Assembly: GCA_046563655.1 (NCBI GenBank)
Contig: CM102290.1
Location: forward strand, 5,766,001-5,830,000
Reading direction: 5' to 3'
Length of the DNA stretch: 64,000 nt
Origin: Yuukianura sp. NJ FZ-2021
Taxonomy: Eukaryota
Shown one piece after another: positions 50,501 to 62,999 of the stretch; the first letter of the stretch is position 1; every line of letters starts with the position of its first letter. Below the pieces are notes generated by a model. The model did not search any database. It had not been told where the DNA came from and saw only the letters and a program-made list of their open reading frames with translations. Position numbers and translations under genes: made by a program.

Positions 50501-53500
50501 ACTGCCCAGTGAAAGTAGCCGTTCCCTCCGACAATGTCGTACCGAATTTCGGCATTCACACCTTCGTCTTTTGATGTCGCCCGAACCGTCAAGACTTCTG
50601 TTGAAACCGAAGTTGATTCCGATACGGTCACTGAGTACGATCCGGCTAAAAATTCTGGAGGGTGGTCATTGATATCCAAAACTTGGACGATGACAGTGAC
50701 TGTTGCTGAGAGTGGAGGCAAACCCGCGTCTGTGGCGCGTAAAGTCAAGTTGTACTCTGAAATTAGTTCGCGATCCAGCGGTCTGAGAAGTGAAACGACT
50801 CCACTTCTGCGCTCAACTGCGAACTGATCTTTGGCCAAATCACCTGACCGAGTAAGTGACGACATCAAGACATAAGTGAGGCGACAGTTGCTGCCGACAT
50901 CTGCATCCTGAGCACTCACTTTCCCCACGAAAGTCCCGATCGGACTGTCCTCCTTGAGAGAAAATTTGTAAAAAGCGTCTGTACCGGTTTGACCGACGTA
51001 CCGCCAAACCGGTTCGTTGTCGTTCTCATCCAACAGCGTCAGAGTCAGCCGAATTCGACATTCAGATGTCGGTTCTTCACGATCCCGAGCATGGACGATT
51101 AGATTGTAAACTTGTTGTGTTTCACGGTCAAGTGAAGTGCCCCAGACCGAAACGATTCCGGATTCGGGATCGACTCGGAAGTGTTCGGAGTTCGGACCGG
51201 ACAGGTAAAAAAGTGGAGTCTGCGCATCTTTGTCCGGGTCAAAAGCCTCAACGACTGTGACGTAACTGCCATTTGGAGAGGATTCGGATAACTCATGTCT
51301 CATTTCCGGAATGGGACAAACCGGAACATTATCTGGACATAATTTTCAAAATTAGTTAATTGATTAACTAATTGTTAATTAACTAAAATTACCGTTGACA
51401 TCCATGATTTTGATGGTGACATTGGCATAGTCCAAGTTTTTTCCATCAGTGGCCAAAACTGTCAATTCAAATCGCTCTTGCACTTCTGCATCCAGTTTCC
51501 GCCATACACTAATTTCCGCTACTTCGTTGATCTAAATATTTTCAAAAAAGTTTTTCGAACCGAAATTTTATCTTTTTTTGGAAAATTTAAAAAATCTTGA
51601 TTCTAACCTTAAAATGTGAATTTGGATCTCCCGCCACGATGTAAAACTCTAAATACTTTGACGTTATTGTGACATTCCCTTCCTGTTCGTCCAAATCCAC
51701 AGTTCTTAGAACTTTAATGATACTGTTCTCCGTGATGTCCTCTCGCACTGAAAAGGTCAAAGGTCAAAAGTAAAAAGATCAAAGGTCAAAGAGTAAAAAG
51801 TTCGTACCTTCTAAGTAGTAAACTCCACTGTCAAACAAAGTTGGTTCATCGTCCACATTGAGTACATTGACAACCACTGTTGTGGCACTTGTCACAGAGG
51901 CATTGTCCGAATCCGAAGCCACGACACGAAGTGTATGTTGTTTATGTTTCTACAAAAAATTCAAAATTTTACAAATACTTTTCTAGAAAAGTTGTTTTCA
52001 ACTTGTTTTTTTCACCTCGTAGTCCAGTCTGTTGAGGAGAGTGATCCAGCCATGTTCCTGGTTGATTCCGAAATGGAAGAGGTCAGAGTCGGGGTCATCC
52101 GAATGCAGTTCGTATCTCTCCTTGATGTTTCCGCTCTTATCAGAGTCAACTGCTCGAGCTATAAAATAATTTATGTTATAATTTATAAATAACAATTTAC
52201 AAATTATTTGAAATTTGAAATTATGTTATTTAAAAAGAGTGATTTTCCTACTAAATTTTTAACGTTTTGGAATTTGGAATTATGTTATTCAAAAAGAGTG
52301 ATTTTCCTACTAAATTTTTAACGTTTTGGAATTTGGAATTATGTTATTTAAAAAGAGTGATTTTCCTATTAAATTTTTAACGTTTTGGAATTTGGAATTA
52401 TGTTATTTAAAAAGAGTGATTTTCCTATTAAATTTTTAACGTTTTGGAATTTGGAATTATGTTATTTAAAAAGAGTGATTTTCCTATTAAATTTTTAACG
52501 TTTTGGAATTTGGAATTATGTTATTTAAAAAGAGTGATTTTCCTATTAAATTTTTAACGTTTTGGAATTTGGAATTATGTTATTTAAAAAGAGTGATTTT
52601 CCTACTAAAATTTTAACGTTTTGGAATTTGGAATTATGTTGTTTAAAAAGAGTGATTTTCCTACTAAATTTTTAACGTTTTGGAATTTGGAATTATGTTA
52701 TTTAAAAAGAGTGATTTTCCAATTAAAGTTTTAACGTTTTGGAATTTGGAATTATGTTATTTAAAAAGAGTGATTTTCCTACTAAAATTTTAACGTTTTG
52801 GAATTTGGAATTATGTTATTTAAAAAGAGTGATTTTCCTACTAAAATTTTAACGTTTTGGAATTTGGAATTATGTTGTTTAAAAAGAGTGATTTTCCTAC
52901 TAAATTTTTAACGTTTTGGAATTTGGAATTATGTTATTTAAAAAGAGTGATTTTCCTACTAAAATTTTAACGTTTTGGAATTTGGAATTATGTTATTTAA
53001 AAAGAGTGATTTTCCTACTAAAATTTTAACGTTTTGGAATTTGGAATTATGTTGTTTAAAAAGAGTGATTTTCCTACTAAAATTTTAACGTTTTGGAATT
53101 TGGAATTATGTTATTTAAAAAGAGTGATTTTCCTACTAAAATTTTAACGTTTTGGAATTTGGAATTATGTTGTTTAAAAAGAGTGATTTTCCTACTAAAA
53201 TTTTAACGTTTTGGAATTTGGAATTATGTTATTTAAAAAGAGTGATTTTCCTACTAAAATTTTAACGTTTTGGAATTTGGAATTATGTTATTTAAAAAGA
53301 GTGATTTTCCTACTAAATTTTTAACGTTTTGGAATTTGGAATTATGTTATTTAAAAAGAGTGAACTCTGTAAAAAGAGGGTGCACTTTGCTTTACCTGTA
53401 AAGACCAAAGAGCCTTCAGGGAAGTCTTCAGCCACACTCAGCTGATATTCTGGTTGACTGAATTTCGGTTTGTTGGAAAAAGTAGCCAGAACACGAATTG

Positions 53501-56500
53501 TCACTTGCGAAGTGGCCACATTCCCTTGGTCCGAATTCTGAGCCCACACCACAACCTTAAAATTCAAAAAAATTCAAAATTTTAGAAACTTGATTTCAAA
53601 ATTTCCAAATTTGGGGATAAACGGTTCTGACAGTGTGCTTGTCCTCTTCATCTTGGTCCAGAAGAGAACTGAGGATGAGGTTGCCATGGGGATCCACTTG
53701 GAACAGATCTTCGTTGGCACTGACAACGCGGAACTTGGGACTCTGGATGTTGGAGACCCGAAATGTCGTAACGATAGATCCAGGAGTCGCATCTTCTTTT
53801 AAGAAAAATGTCGCATTTTGAGGGTAGATCTCTGGACTGGGTTCAAATTGTGGCAAAACGACGACCATCACTGGAACTACGCTGTACAATTCCCCATCAT
53901 CAGCTCTCACCCAAAATTGAAAATCAAGGCGAGAGGTCAATTTTTGAAATTTTGAAAGGTCGGATTCAGAAATTTTGAAACGCAAATCCCCATTTTCTGA
54001 GTTGATTTCAAAATATTGAGAGTCCCGTCGGACAGAATCGGAGGAATTTCTGGCAATTCCAATGTCTTCTATTGAATAGCGAACGCCAAATTCACTGTCA
54101 CTGTCAATGGCCATGACCTAAGACAAAAATAATTTTAAATGTATTAATTATTTTAATTACTGTGTAATTAATTTAGATAATTTTTGAACTAACTTGTAAA
54201 ATGGGAGCTTTCGTTTTCATTTTTTCCCACGGAATTGTCACGCGATACTCGGAAACGGGAAAAGTAGGGCTCGTTTTCCTCTTTTCCACTTTCACTACCA
54301 ATTTGGTGTACCCAATCCACTTTCCACCATCTAAAATTCAAAAAGTTAAATTTTTCAGAAAAAAAAAATTCAAAATTTTGAAAACTTTGAGCTTGAGTGA
54401 CGTCTGACCTTGAGCAACTACTTGGAGAGTATGAGATTCTTTGTATTCCCGATCCAGCGATGCATCGGGGAAAGCTGAGAGCCGAACCTGCCCATTCCTT
54501 GGGTCAATGGCAAAGACATTGGGTTCGTCCATGTCAGAGAATGAGTAAGTCAGTTGACCAAACACGCCCCTGTCCCGATCCTGCGCTGTCAACGTCGTCA
54601 CTAAAAACCCCTCGGGGGAACTCTCAGGAGCAAGAACTTCGTAGATCGACAAATCGAAGGCCGGGACGAAATGGTTTCTCGGCTCAACCGAAATCTGGAG
54701 TTTCGCATAAGAAGTAAAAACACCGTCCGTGACGGAAATGTTGAGCAAAAACCGAAGTTCGGATTGGAGAACTTGTGGCTGGACGAGAGTAACGATACCT
54801 GACAAAAAAAATTAAGCGTCGATATTTGACCTTTGACCTGTTTAACTTTTGACTGACCTGTTGTTTTGTCAATGTCAAATACAATTTGTTTGTGGTAGTC
54901 TCCGACGATTGCGTAGCGCAGACTGTCCAGATTGTCCAAATCCATTGCTGTGACCTTGGCCACGGTGTGACCTTTTGGAGCGTCTTCTGCTAGGCGGGCG
55001 GTGTAGAGTTGCTTTGAAAAAAACGGAACGTTGTCGTTCACATCTATAAAAATAAAAATTTTGAAAATTATTCAAAACATTTTTAAAAGTTTTTTTTTTT
55101 GAAAAATTACTTATGACATTGACGATGCATCGGGCAGTTGCAGACAAAGATGGAACTCCTGCATCGGTGACGATAATAGAGAAGTAGTACTCGTGTGCAT
55201 ACTCGTAGTCCAGCACTTGCCTCAACACAAGTAGCCCATCATTTGGACCGATCCCAAACAACCGATCTGCACCCACACTTCTATTGTTGGTGGTCGCATC
55301 TTCATTCAACATCAGTTCCGAACCCCGTCCGTCCTCCTCCTCTCCCGCTGATTCCCCCGATCCTCTTTTGGATCGCCCCCGATTCGCAGTTGTCTCAATT
55401 TGGAAGTTGAGGAGACCGTTGGCCCCCTCGTCGTCGTCAGTCGCTCGGATTCGGCCGAGAACCCCTTTGGGGGGCATGTACCCCTCAACCACATGGAACA
55501 CAAATGTCGCTTTTTCAGGTTTAGGCACATTGTCATTAGAGTCTTTGAGGTTAATTTGCACCTACAATAAAACAAGCCAACTTTTTATTAAAAACAACTT
55601 TTGTTTTAAAATTTTACTTTTTCTCAACTAATTAAGTTAAAGTTAATTGATTTTTACCATAGTGGAAGACCAGAATAAGGTGATTAAATCAGTTGCTTTG
55701 ACTTTGAGTAAGTGGATGGGCGTCGTTTCAAAATCCAGAGGTCCGTTCACAAACAGCGTACCTGTAAAATAACAAAAATTAAGTTTTCGTGCCAAAAGTA
55801 GAGGTCAAGAGGTCAGCCAAAGGAAGTCGCCGTGTCAATTATAAACTTAGTTTTTGCTTACACTTCCGATTAAGTCCCATGTCTGTTGGCCATCAGCCAA
55901 AACATATTGGATTGCGTGCAAAAGGAAGACACACAAGACAAACAACTTTTACACTTTTCAAAAAAAAACAACTAACTTAAAAAACGCACGGAATATCATA
56001 ACAATTTTCTAAAAAAAATTGTTTAAAAAAAAAGTAAGAAACGCAAGTGGGAGTGGTTGATCGACGAGAACTAATTGTTGTTTTGTCACTGCCCAAACTT
56101 TTTTCTGTAACTTGTGACTCAAATCGATGCAAAATTGGTTTACACTGACTGTATATTGAAAGAAAGATAGGAGAAAAATACGTGACTAGATTGGGATTCG
56201 AACAAACATCCTACTGCTTCAGGATAATCGGTCTCACCACTGAGCTAAACAGTTACAGAGCATTTTCCTCTCAAATCCTTCCAGAACAGTACCCAATTTG
56301 AAACAAAAAGTTTTCCAACTCAGAAAAAAAATTTTTCTTAGAAAATAAAATTCAAAAAAGTTTTTTTTTTGAAAAAGTGAAAGCCATACCTGTTTGATAG
56401 TCGATTCCGAAAAGATCCAACTCATTTCCTCCCTCGATTGAGAAGAAAACGGGATTTTTAGCAGTTGCTGTGAGAGCGAGAGCAGTTGACAAGATGGGGG

Positions 56501-59500
56501 CTGATTCTGGCAGCCATGTTTCGTAGAATTGGTGCTCAAAAACTGGCTGGTCATGCGCAACGACCTTGATTTGAACCTGCGTCTCTGCATGGAGACTGGG
56601 CAGTCCAAGATCATACACCTTCACGACCAGTTCGTGATGACCCACCACTTCCGGAGACCTTCGCAGCACGATGTCGCCCGTTTGCTTGTTGAGGTCGTAA
56701 ATGTCGCCAAAGGGACTTCGGACGAGTTCGTAGCGAACGGCTCCGTTTTCACGCTCATCCAAATCCGCCGCCTTGACCTGGATCACGAGGTCACCCACTC
56801 GGGAATTCACAAGGACCACAGCAATGTATGGTAAGTTCACGAAGTATGGTGCATTGTCATTCACGTCTTCAAAAAAAAAGTTCAAAATTTTGAACTTTTC
56901 ATTTTTTAAAAGAATTTTGTTTTTTGAAATTGGTTTCATCCTTACCAGTTACGGAAATGTTGACAAAACAGCGACTCACTCTGCTTTCATCGTCACCTCT
57001 GACCTGAAATTTCAAAAAAAAAAAATATAGAGTGAAATTTTCTCATTTCCCGAAAAATTATTTTATTTCCCGGAAAATTTTCTCATTTTATCGGGAAATC
57101 CTGAGAAATTTCTCTTTTCGAGGGAAATTTGCTTATTTCCCGGAAAATTTTCTCATTTCCTGGCAAAGTTTTTTTTTTTTTTTGAAATTGTGAGATTACC
57201 AAAACTTTTTTTTCGAAATTGTGAGTTTACCTCGACCAATAAATCGTGTTGTTGTTGTGTCTCCCTGTCCAATTTGTGTCCTTTGGTGACAACCACTCCT
57301 GATGTGGGCATGATCCCAAAGTAGATTGAGGGATTGAGAATGCTAAACTGGAGATTCTCATTGAGATGCGTCCCAGTCACAGCCAGAGACACCAAATTCA
57401 CGACTTTAGTCGAATTCTCAAGGAATGAGGCCAGGAACGTCCCATTGGCAAACCCAAAGTCCCCCGAAGTCTCCAGTTGACGAACAACCAGGGTCAATGT
57501 CCCTGTTTTTGTAAAGCGTCCATCAGACACACTTATGTCCAGTCGCTGCTTCCCCAGACGGACTTTGGACGGATCCCGGACGGAGATGAGTCCACTACTG
57601 GACTCCACTTGGAAAGTGTCCTGCGCATTGAGCAGAGTGAAGGTCAAGTCATCTCCGTCGGGGTCAATGACCTCCATGCGGTGGATCAACACTCCAGCAG
57701 CAGTCGGCAGCAACAGATCCACTTGAGCAGAAGACACAACCGGCTCTGAATTTAAAAAAAATGAATTTTGAAGTGAAAATTTTCAAAAAAAAAAATGATG
57801 CTAAAAAATTTGGGCCAAAGTCAATCTAGGCAAAATTTTGTCCCAGAAAACTTCGTTTTTGTTGACTTCTTGATATTTTCCCACAGGAATCATTGACCTT
57901 GCGGAAATCATGACAAAAGTATGACTCTGTAAGAAGCAGATTTGACCTTCCCAGAACTTTTTTTCATTGGAGGAGACGTTGAGAACTATTTTTTGATTGG
58001 TGGCGACATTGTCACCTCAAAGTGTTACCTTGGTCGTTGACATTTTGTACTCGGACGGTGACATTGGCTGGACTGGGGTCGCAGAACTGGAAGTCGCAGA
58101 CTTGGACTTGGAAGTTGTAGACTTGTGTTTTTTCGTAGTCGAGAGTGGTGACGAGGAGGAGAGCTCCGGAGGGAGGGTCCATGTAGAAGACAGTGCGCAT
58201 GTCCTCCTGCAGGAAGGAGTAGGTCACGAGTCCATTCCTCCCAATGTCGTAGTCCACTGACCTCAACACTAACGGATTCCGCTCGGAGGGACCTGCGACT
58301 TCCCCCTCCCGTGCGACTTTGGACAAAGGAGGACCCGTCTCCAGCACCAAAGTGCCCAGAGGAGCATCCTCAGCTATTGTTCCCTCGTACTGAAGCTGGT
58401 TCGTGAACATCGGAATGTTGTCATTCTCATCTGAAAAAAAAAAACAATCACTTTGTCTAAGTAAAAAGTACTAAAATAAAAATTACTAAAAGGAAAATGT
58501 GCTAAAATAAGAGTAAAAGTAAGACATACCGTCGAGGATGACCTTGATACGACACGAGGCCGAGACGCCTTGCTGTAAAAAAGAAGACATGCGACAAGTG
58601 GATTAATTTGGAAGATTTGAAATGCCTGCCAAAGGTCAGACTGCGTCTGTAATTGCGGAGACTGAGAAAAAGCGGGAATTGGGCCATAAAGTGGTGGATC
58701 AAAGCCTATATTTTTTATAGCCTCCACTTGAGCTCTTCCTCTAAACACCCAACTTCAAAGTAGTTCCAGTGTTCCAAATTTTTCCAGAGTCCAAGGAAAC
58801 AGAGTGTAATTAACACACTCTGCACCACCATTTCCTTCTTCCAAAAACCCTCTAATCCCCACCAAACGAACTTTCTTTTCTACTCTCTCCACTTTATAAG
58901 TCACTCTACCAAATTTATCAAACGCACTCTAGTATAAATCACTTTCTCCTCAAACTGATTTAAATCACTTTCTACTCCAAGTGATTTACAATTTAGTTCC
59001 ATTTAAATCACTTTTCGCTCAAACTGATTTAAATCACTTTCTACCCCAATTGATTCACAATTTAGTTCACAAATCACTTTCCACTCAAACTGATCTAAAT
59101 CACTTCCATTTAAATCAGTTTGAGTAGAAACTGATTTATATGAAAGCGCATTTGAATTTCCGGAAGTGACTTATTTATAAAATAGAGAAAGTAGAAAACA
59201 AAAGAAAGTTTTGTCGCTATTTAAATCATTTTGTACTCAAACTGATTTAAATCACCTAAAACACACCCACTCCTACCAGAGTCAAAATGCTGAGGAAATC
59301 GACTAAAAATCAGAAGAATGCTGAGGAAATGGGTCGGCTAAAAGTCTGTTTCTCGGAAAAACGTTTTTTGTTCCTTTTTCCGTTTTTTTTGTTGTTGAAA
59401 AGTGGAGCATGGAAGGATCGGAAGCGAGAAAAAGGAGGAGAGTAAAAGTGGCTTACAGCATTTGTTGCTTTGACAAAGAAGTCATGGAAGGGCTTGAGTT

Positions 59501-62500
59501 CACGGTCCAGTGGACTTCCGCTCCTTCCCACGAGCAGAGTTCCGGTGGTCGAGTCAACCCAGAAGGACCCACTTCTGTTCTCCTCCACTTCGAAACTCAC
59601 TCCAGCCACACTGTTTGTAACATGGATCGTCGTCACATAAGTGCCTGGACCAGAGTTCTCCAGGAGGTGGACGGAGCAGGCACAGGGCTCTGTCTTGGTC
59701 CGTCTGTCGTTTTCGTGGTCACAGCGGAGTGACAGGACGTGGTTGTCGGAGGGGAGAGTGACCACGATGGTCACTTGTGTGGCCGCACTCAAAGGAGGAG
59801 TGCCGGAGTCTGTTGCTCGGATGGTCAGCTGATATTCCAAGGTCATTTGACCCAAAGGAATGTCCAGTTCCCTCCGGAGGTAAATTCTGCCTGTTCCAGC
59901 GTCAATCTCAAATGTATTTCCGATATTCCCGTACACGATTCCGTATTTGACGATTCCGTTGTCCCCGAGATCACCGTCGTAAGCAAACACCTAAAAAAAC
60001 AGCGTCAGGTCAAAGGTCAACTTCATTATGTTTCAAGGTCAACTCACCTGTGTCACGAGGGATCCCACAGCCATGGTTTCCGGGATTCTCACTTCTGTCT
60101 GAACTGATGTTCCGAACACAGGAGCTAAGGTTAAGAATTTTAAAAATTGAAGCTAAAAGTTTCGAACATACCCAATTTATCGGCGTATAACGCGTACTGA
60201 AATATCATAAGACAAATTTTGCAAATTCGCAGATTCGAAATAAATTACACTTTTTCTTGGGATTGAAAAGCTACGGATAACGCCCGCGATATACGCCGAT
60301 AAATAGGGTTATTTTGAAAATTTAAGCTATTTTTTTCTTGAAACTACTGGAAAAATTTAATAAGATTGACCTCTGACCTTTGTCGTTTTCGTCTTTGATT
60401 TGAATGTGAAGTCGGACGTAAGTGTGCGTGTCCAAATCTCTGGCTTTGACTGTAAAAATGTGTACCGGAATCGTTTCCCGGTCCAACCGATCTCCACCGG
60501 TCGTGACTGTTCGGACAGTTCCGGTGACGCTGTCAATGGAGAAGAGACGGAGTGACCTTGGATCTTGTGCATTGTGAAATCCATACAAAGGGGGCGTCCG
60601 AACCCCCCTCCCACCCCCTCCCAACGTCGTATTAAGTCTAACTGTGGTGACGACGGAAAAAGGGGGCGTGGCTTCAGAGATGACCACGCTGTAGTTGCTC
60701 TGCTCCCATAACAACGACTCTGCATCTTCATTACTCTCAATCACGAGGACCTGGACCTGAAAAACCATTAAGAAGAACAAAGTGTCACATAAGGACGCCA
60801 CCAACATCAATCAACTCCCGCTTTTTCAAAATTTACACAGTTACCCGCCTTTTTCAAAATTCAACAGCGGTTACCCGCCTTTTTCAAAATTCACCACCAG
60901 TTACTTACTTTTTCAACATTCAGCTACATCGCCTTTTCAAAATTTACCCAGTTGTGCAACAGTAATTTACTCCATCCTTAGAGAGGTTGTACAGAATGGG
61001 AGCCTGATAGCTCAAGGGTTAGAGCGCTTCCCGGATTGAACAGATGTGGGTTCGAGTCCCACTCGGTTCTTTATTTTTTTATAACTGTCACTCTTTGTCT
61101 GTCTTGCCATGTGAGCCCTGAATCTCTCACAGTTACCCGCTTTTTCAAAATTCCCGCTCAAGCGTCATGGGAGAAAATGAGTAAATGGCGAACTCTTTCC
61201 AGCCAACTCCTTCCTCCAGAACTTAACTCAAAAGTTCCCACGCTTCAACAAAAAGTTGGCCCGCCAAAAAAGTCCCATATTTCAAAAAAATGACAAAAAA
61301 AAATTCTTTTTTTTTTGAAAAGAGAAAGTTTTTACCTGACTAAAGACAAAGTTGAAGCCATCCGTGACAGAAACATTGAGGCGGAAGAGCCTTGACGTGG
61401 GAACGGCTTTTGCCAGAATCAAATTCTGTGAGTCTGGGAACATGATGAAGTGCTGCTCAGGGTCACCAGACACAATTTCATACCAAAGTTGGTCACCGTC
61501 GGGGTCAAGGGCCTCAAGGGTCTCCACGGTGTAGCCCGCCTTCTCGCGGGTGGTCAATGTCACTTGATGGGGACTTAAAGGGTCCAGCACAGGAGCCCTT
61601 GAGCCCTTAGCTCTCTCGGCTCCTTTCACTCTCAAGGTCAATTCTGTTTCGGATCGAGAGCCCCCGGGGTCACCGTTGTTATCAGCCACTTCGATGACGA
61701 ATTTCAAAATAGTTTCTGCCTTGAGTCCTGCTGCTGACGTGTAGATTTCTCCACTCTGCGGATGGATGGAGTACACTTCGTCTTGTCTGCGCAGGTCACT
61801 GCCCGTATTGACCCGGTACTTGAGGCGGTACTGGATTGAGCCGTTGACTCCTGCGTCGGGGTCATACCCAACCACACGGAAAATCTTGCGCCAACCTTCG
61901 GCCATCGCCATTTCTTCACCAACATCCATCATTCTCCAGTCACTCCACTTCAAGTCATACTCCGTCTCCTGAATTTCATTAAAAAGAGATTTAAAGCAAA
62001 ATTTTACAGAAATTTGTTGCCGAAAAACGTAATCAAAGAAAAAACAACTGGAAAAAAAATCAAATATAAAAAAATTACTCCCTCCGAAAAATTTCTTCTT
62101 GATGAAATCTAGCTAAGTGTCAGAAATATCTAAAAATTTCTTCTTGATGAAATCTAGCTAAGTGTCAGAAATATCTAAAAATTTCTTCTTGATGAAATCT
62201 ACCAGTACAAATCATTTGTGCATCGATATGAAGTAGAACTCACCTCGTTTTCAATTTGGATGGAGTTGTCATCGTCACTCTCAGCCTCGTCATCTTGTTC
62301 CTCCACTTTGAGTTCAGGAATGTCATAAATGGATCCACTCGAGAACTGAAGGACTTTCGGAACATGGTCATTCGCATCACTCACTCTCACGATCACTTTG
62401 GTCATCGATGTCAAGTTCCCATCCGAAATGACAACGTCCAGGGTATGTTCGGGAAGGGCCTCCCTGTCCAAGGGTCCCCTCGTGGACATGATCCCTGTGA

Positions 62501-62999
62501 CCCCATCAATGTCAAAGTAGGCAGAGGACGTCCTGAGTGAGAATCTGAGTTGCTCAGGAGAGTTATCACAATCGAAGGCATGGACAGTGAGGACAGGGAC
62601 GGGCCCTTCAAGATTTTCCTCCACTGTGGCCAGGTACATGGGGGCCCTTGACAAAGGCACACAGTCGTTTTCATTCTCCAGTTCCACCACCAGGAAGCAG
62701 TAGGCGACAGTGGACATGTCAAGGGCACTTTGCGCCTGGACAGTTAAATAGTGCCAGTGGGGCTGAGATTCGTAGTCCATGTCGTACATAGTTCGGACAG
62801 TTCCGGCCGAGTCGATGCTGAAGAGGTACTGAGAGGGCCCTTGAAGGGACAAGTAGATGCCTGGGTAGGAGGACTGCTGCGGCTGAAGGGCCCCCACCGT
62901 GGTTACGACAGATCCTACAGGGGCCCCTTCTCTTATGGACGCCACGACGACCAGCTCAGGGAAAGCAAGCGGCGGAAGAGGTTCCGGCACATCGTAAAT
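44518..62999 (-). CDS. kug: Fat1/kugelei(Fat2)-type giant atypical cadherin, 3' portion (5' end beyond window)
   Basis: About 30 GT-AG exons join in frame from 62999-62244 to 45125-44518. Many cadherin repeats (LDRE/LDYE, DxNDNxP), then EGF, a single laminin-G, more EGFs and a TM helix (IVALIFIIVLAFIILLLIFICV). The cytoplasmic tail has KISNLE, GYSWD and C-terminal TEV* as in FAT1-class proteins. Confidence 0.9.
49817..49942 (-). mobile_element. tRNA-derived repeat, family B
   Basis: On the - strand GATAGCTCAG..GTTAG...CTTCCCGGATTGAAG.GATGTGGGTTGGAATCCCAC.TGGTTC, then a T-run and a tail ending GTGAGCCCCGAATCT shared with the 61000 copy. Confidence 0.75.
52209..53363 (-). repeat. 59-bp satellite array (~19 copies) in fat intron; reverse complement of the 36780 array
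   Basis: Unit AATTTGGAATTATGTTATTTAAAAAGAGTGATTTTCCTACTAAATTTTTAACGTTTTGG. Confidence 0.97.
56120..56276 (-). mobile_element. tRNA-derived repeat, family A
   Basis: On the - strand TAGCTCAGTGGTGAG..CGATTAT...GTTCGAATCCCA; flank aaatcgatgca...tgtatattg shared with the 16468 copy. Confidence 0.75.
58935..59255. repeat. Degenerate direct and inverted repeats of AAACTGATTTAAATCACTTT
   Basis: Six or more copies in both orientations in a fat intron. Confidence 0.75.
60171..60308. mobile_element. Tc1/pogo-type MITE, same family as 20920, without nested insert
   Basis: TA|CCCAATTTATCGGCGTATA ... TATACGCCGATAAATAGGG; shares CTGAAATATCAT internally. Confidence 0.8.
61000..61125 (+). mobile_element. 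tRNA-derived repeat, family B (best-preserved cloverleaf)
   Basis: D-arm GCTC/GAGC, T-arm GTGGG-TTCGAGT-CCCAC, acceptor-like GAGCC.GA/TCGGTTC, then a T-run; non-canonical loop CCGGATT. Confidence 0.75.
62087..62200 (+). repeat. ~44-bp tandem repeat, ~2.5 copies
   Basis: AAAATTTCTTCTTGATGAAATCTAGCTAAGTGTCAGAAATATCT repeated. Confidence 0.9.

Noticed and set aside
36780..53363. 59-bp arrays as CRISPR
   Set aside because: Head-to-tail units without unique spacers, located in eukaryotic introns, and no cas genes.
46914..57675. EcRE-like palindromes at ~46914 and ~57661
   Set aside because: They lie in fat coding sequence and are explained by V-I-D-P codons.
61000..61075. Functional tRNA-Ser(GGA) gene
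   Set aside because: Loop CCGGATT lacks U33 and purine 37, there is no long variable arm, the acceptor stem is bulged, and diverged sister copies share non-tRNA flanks.
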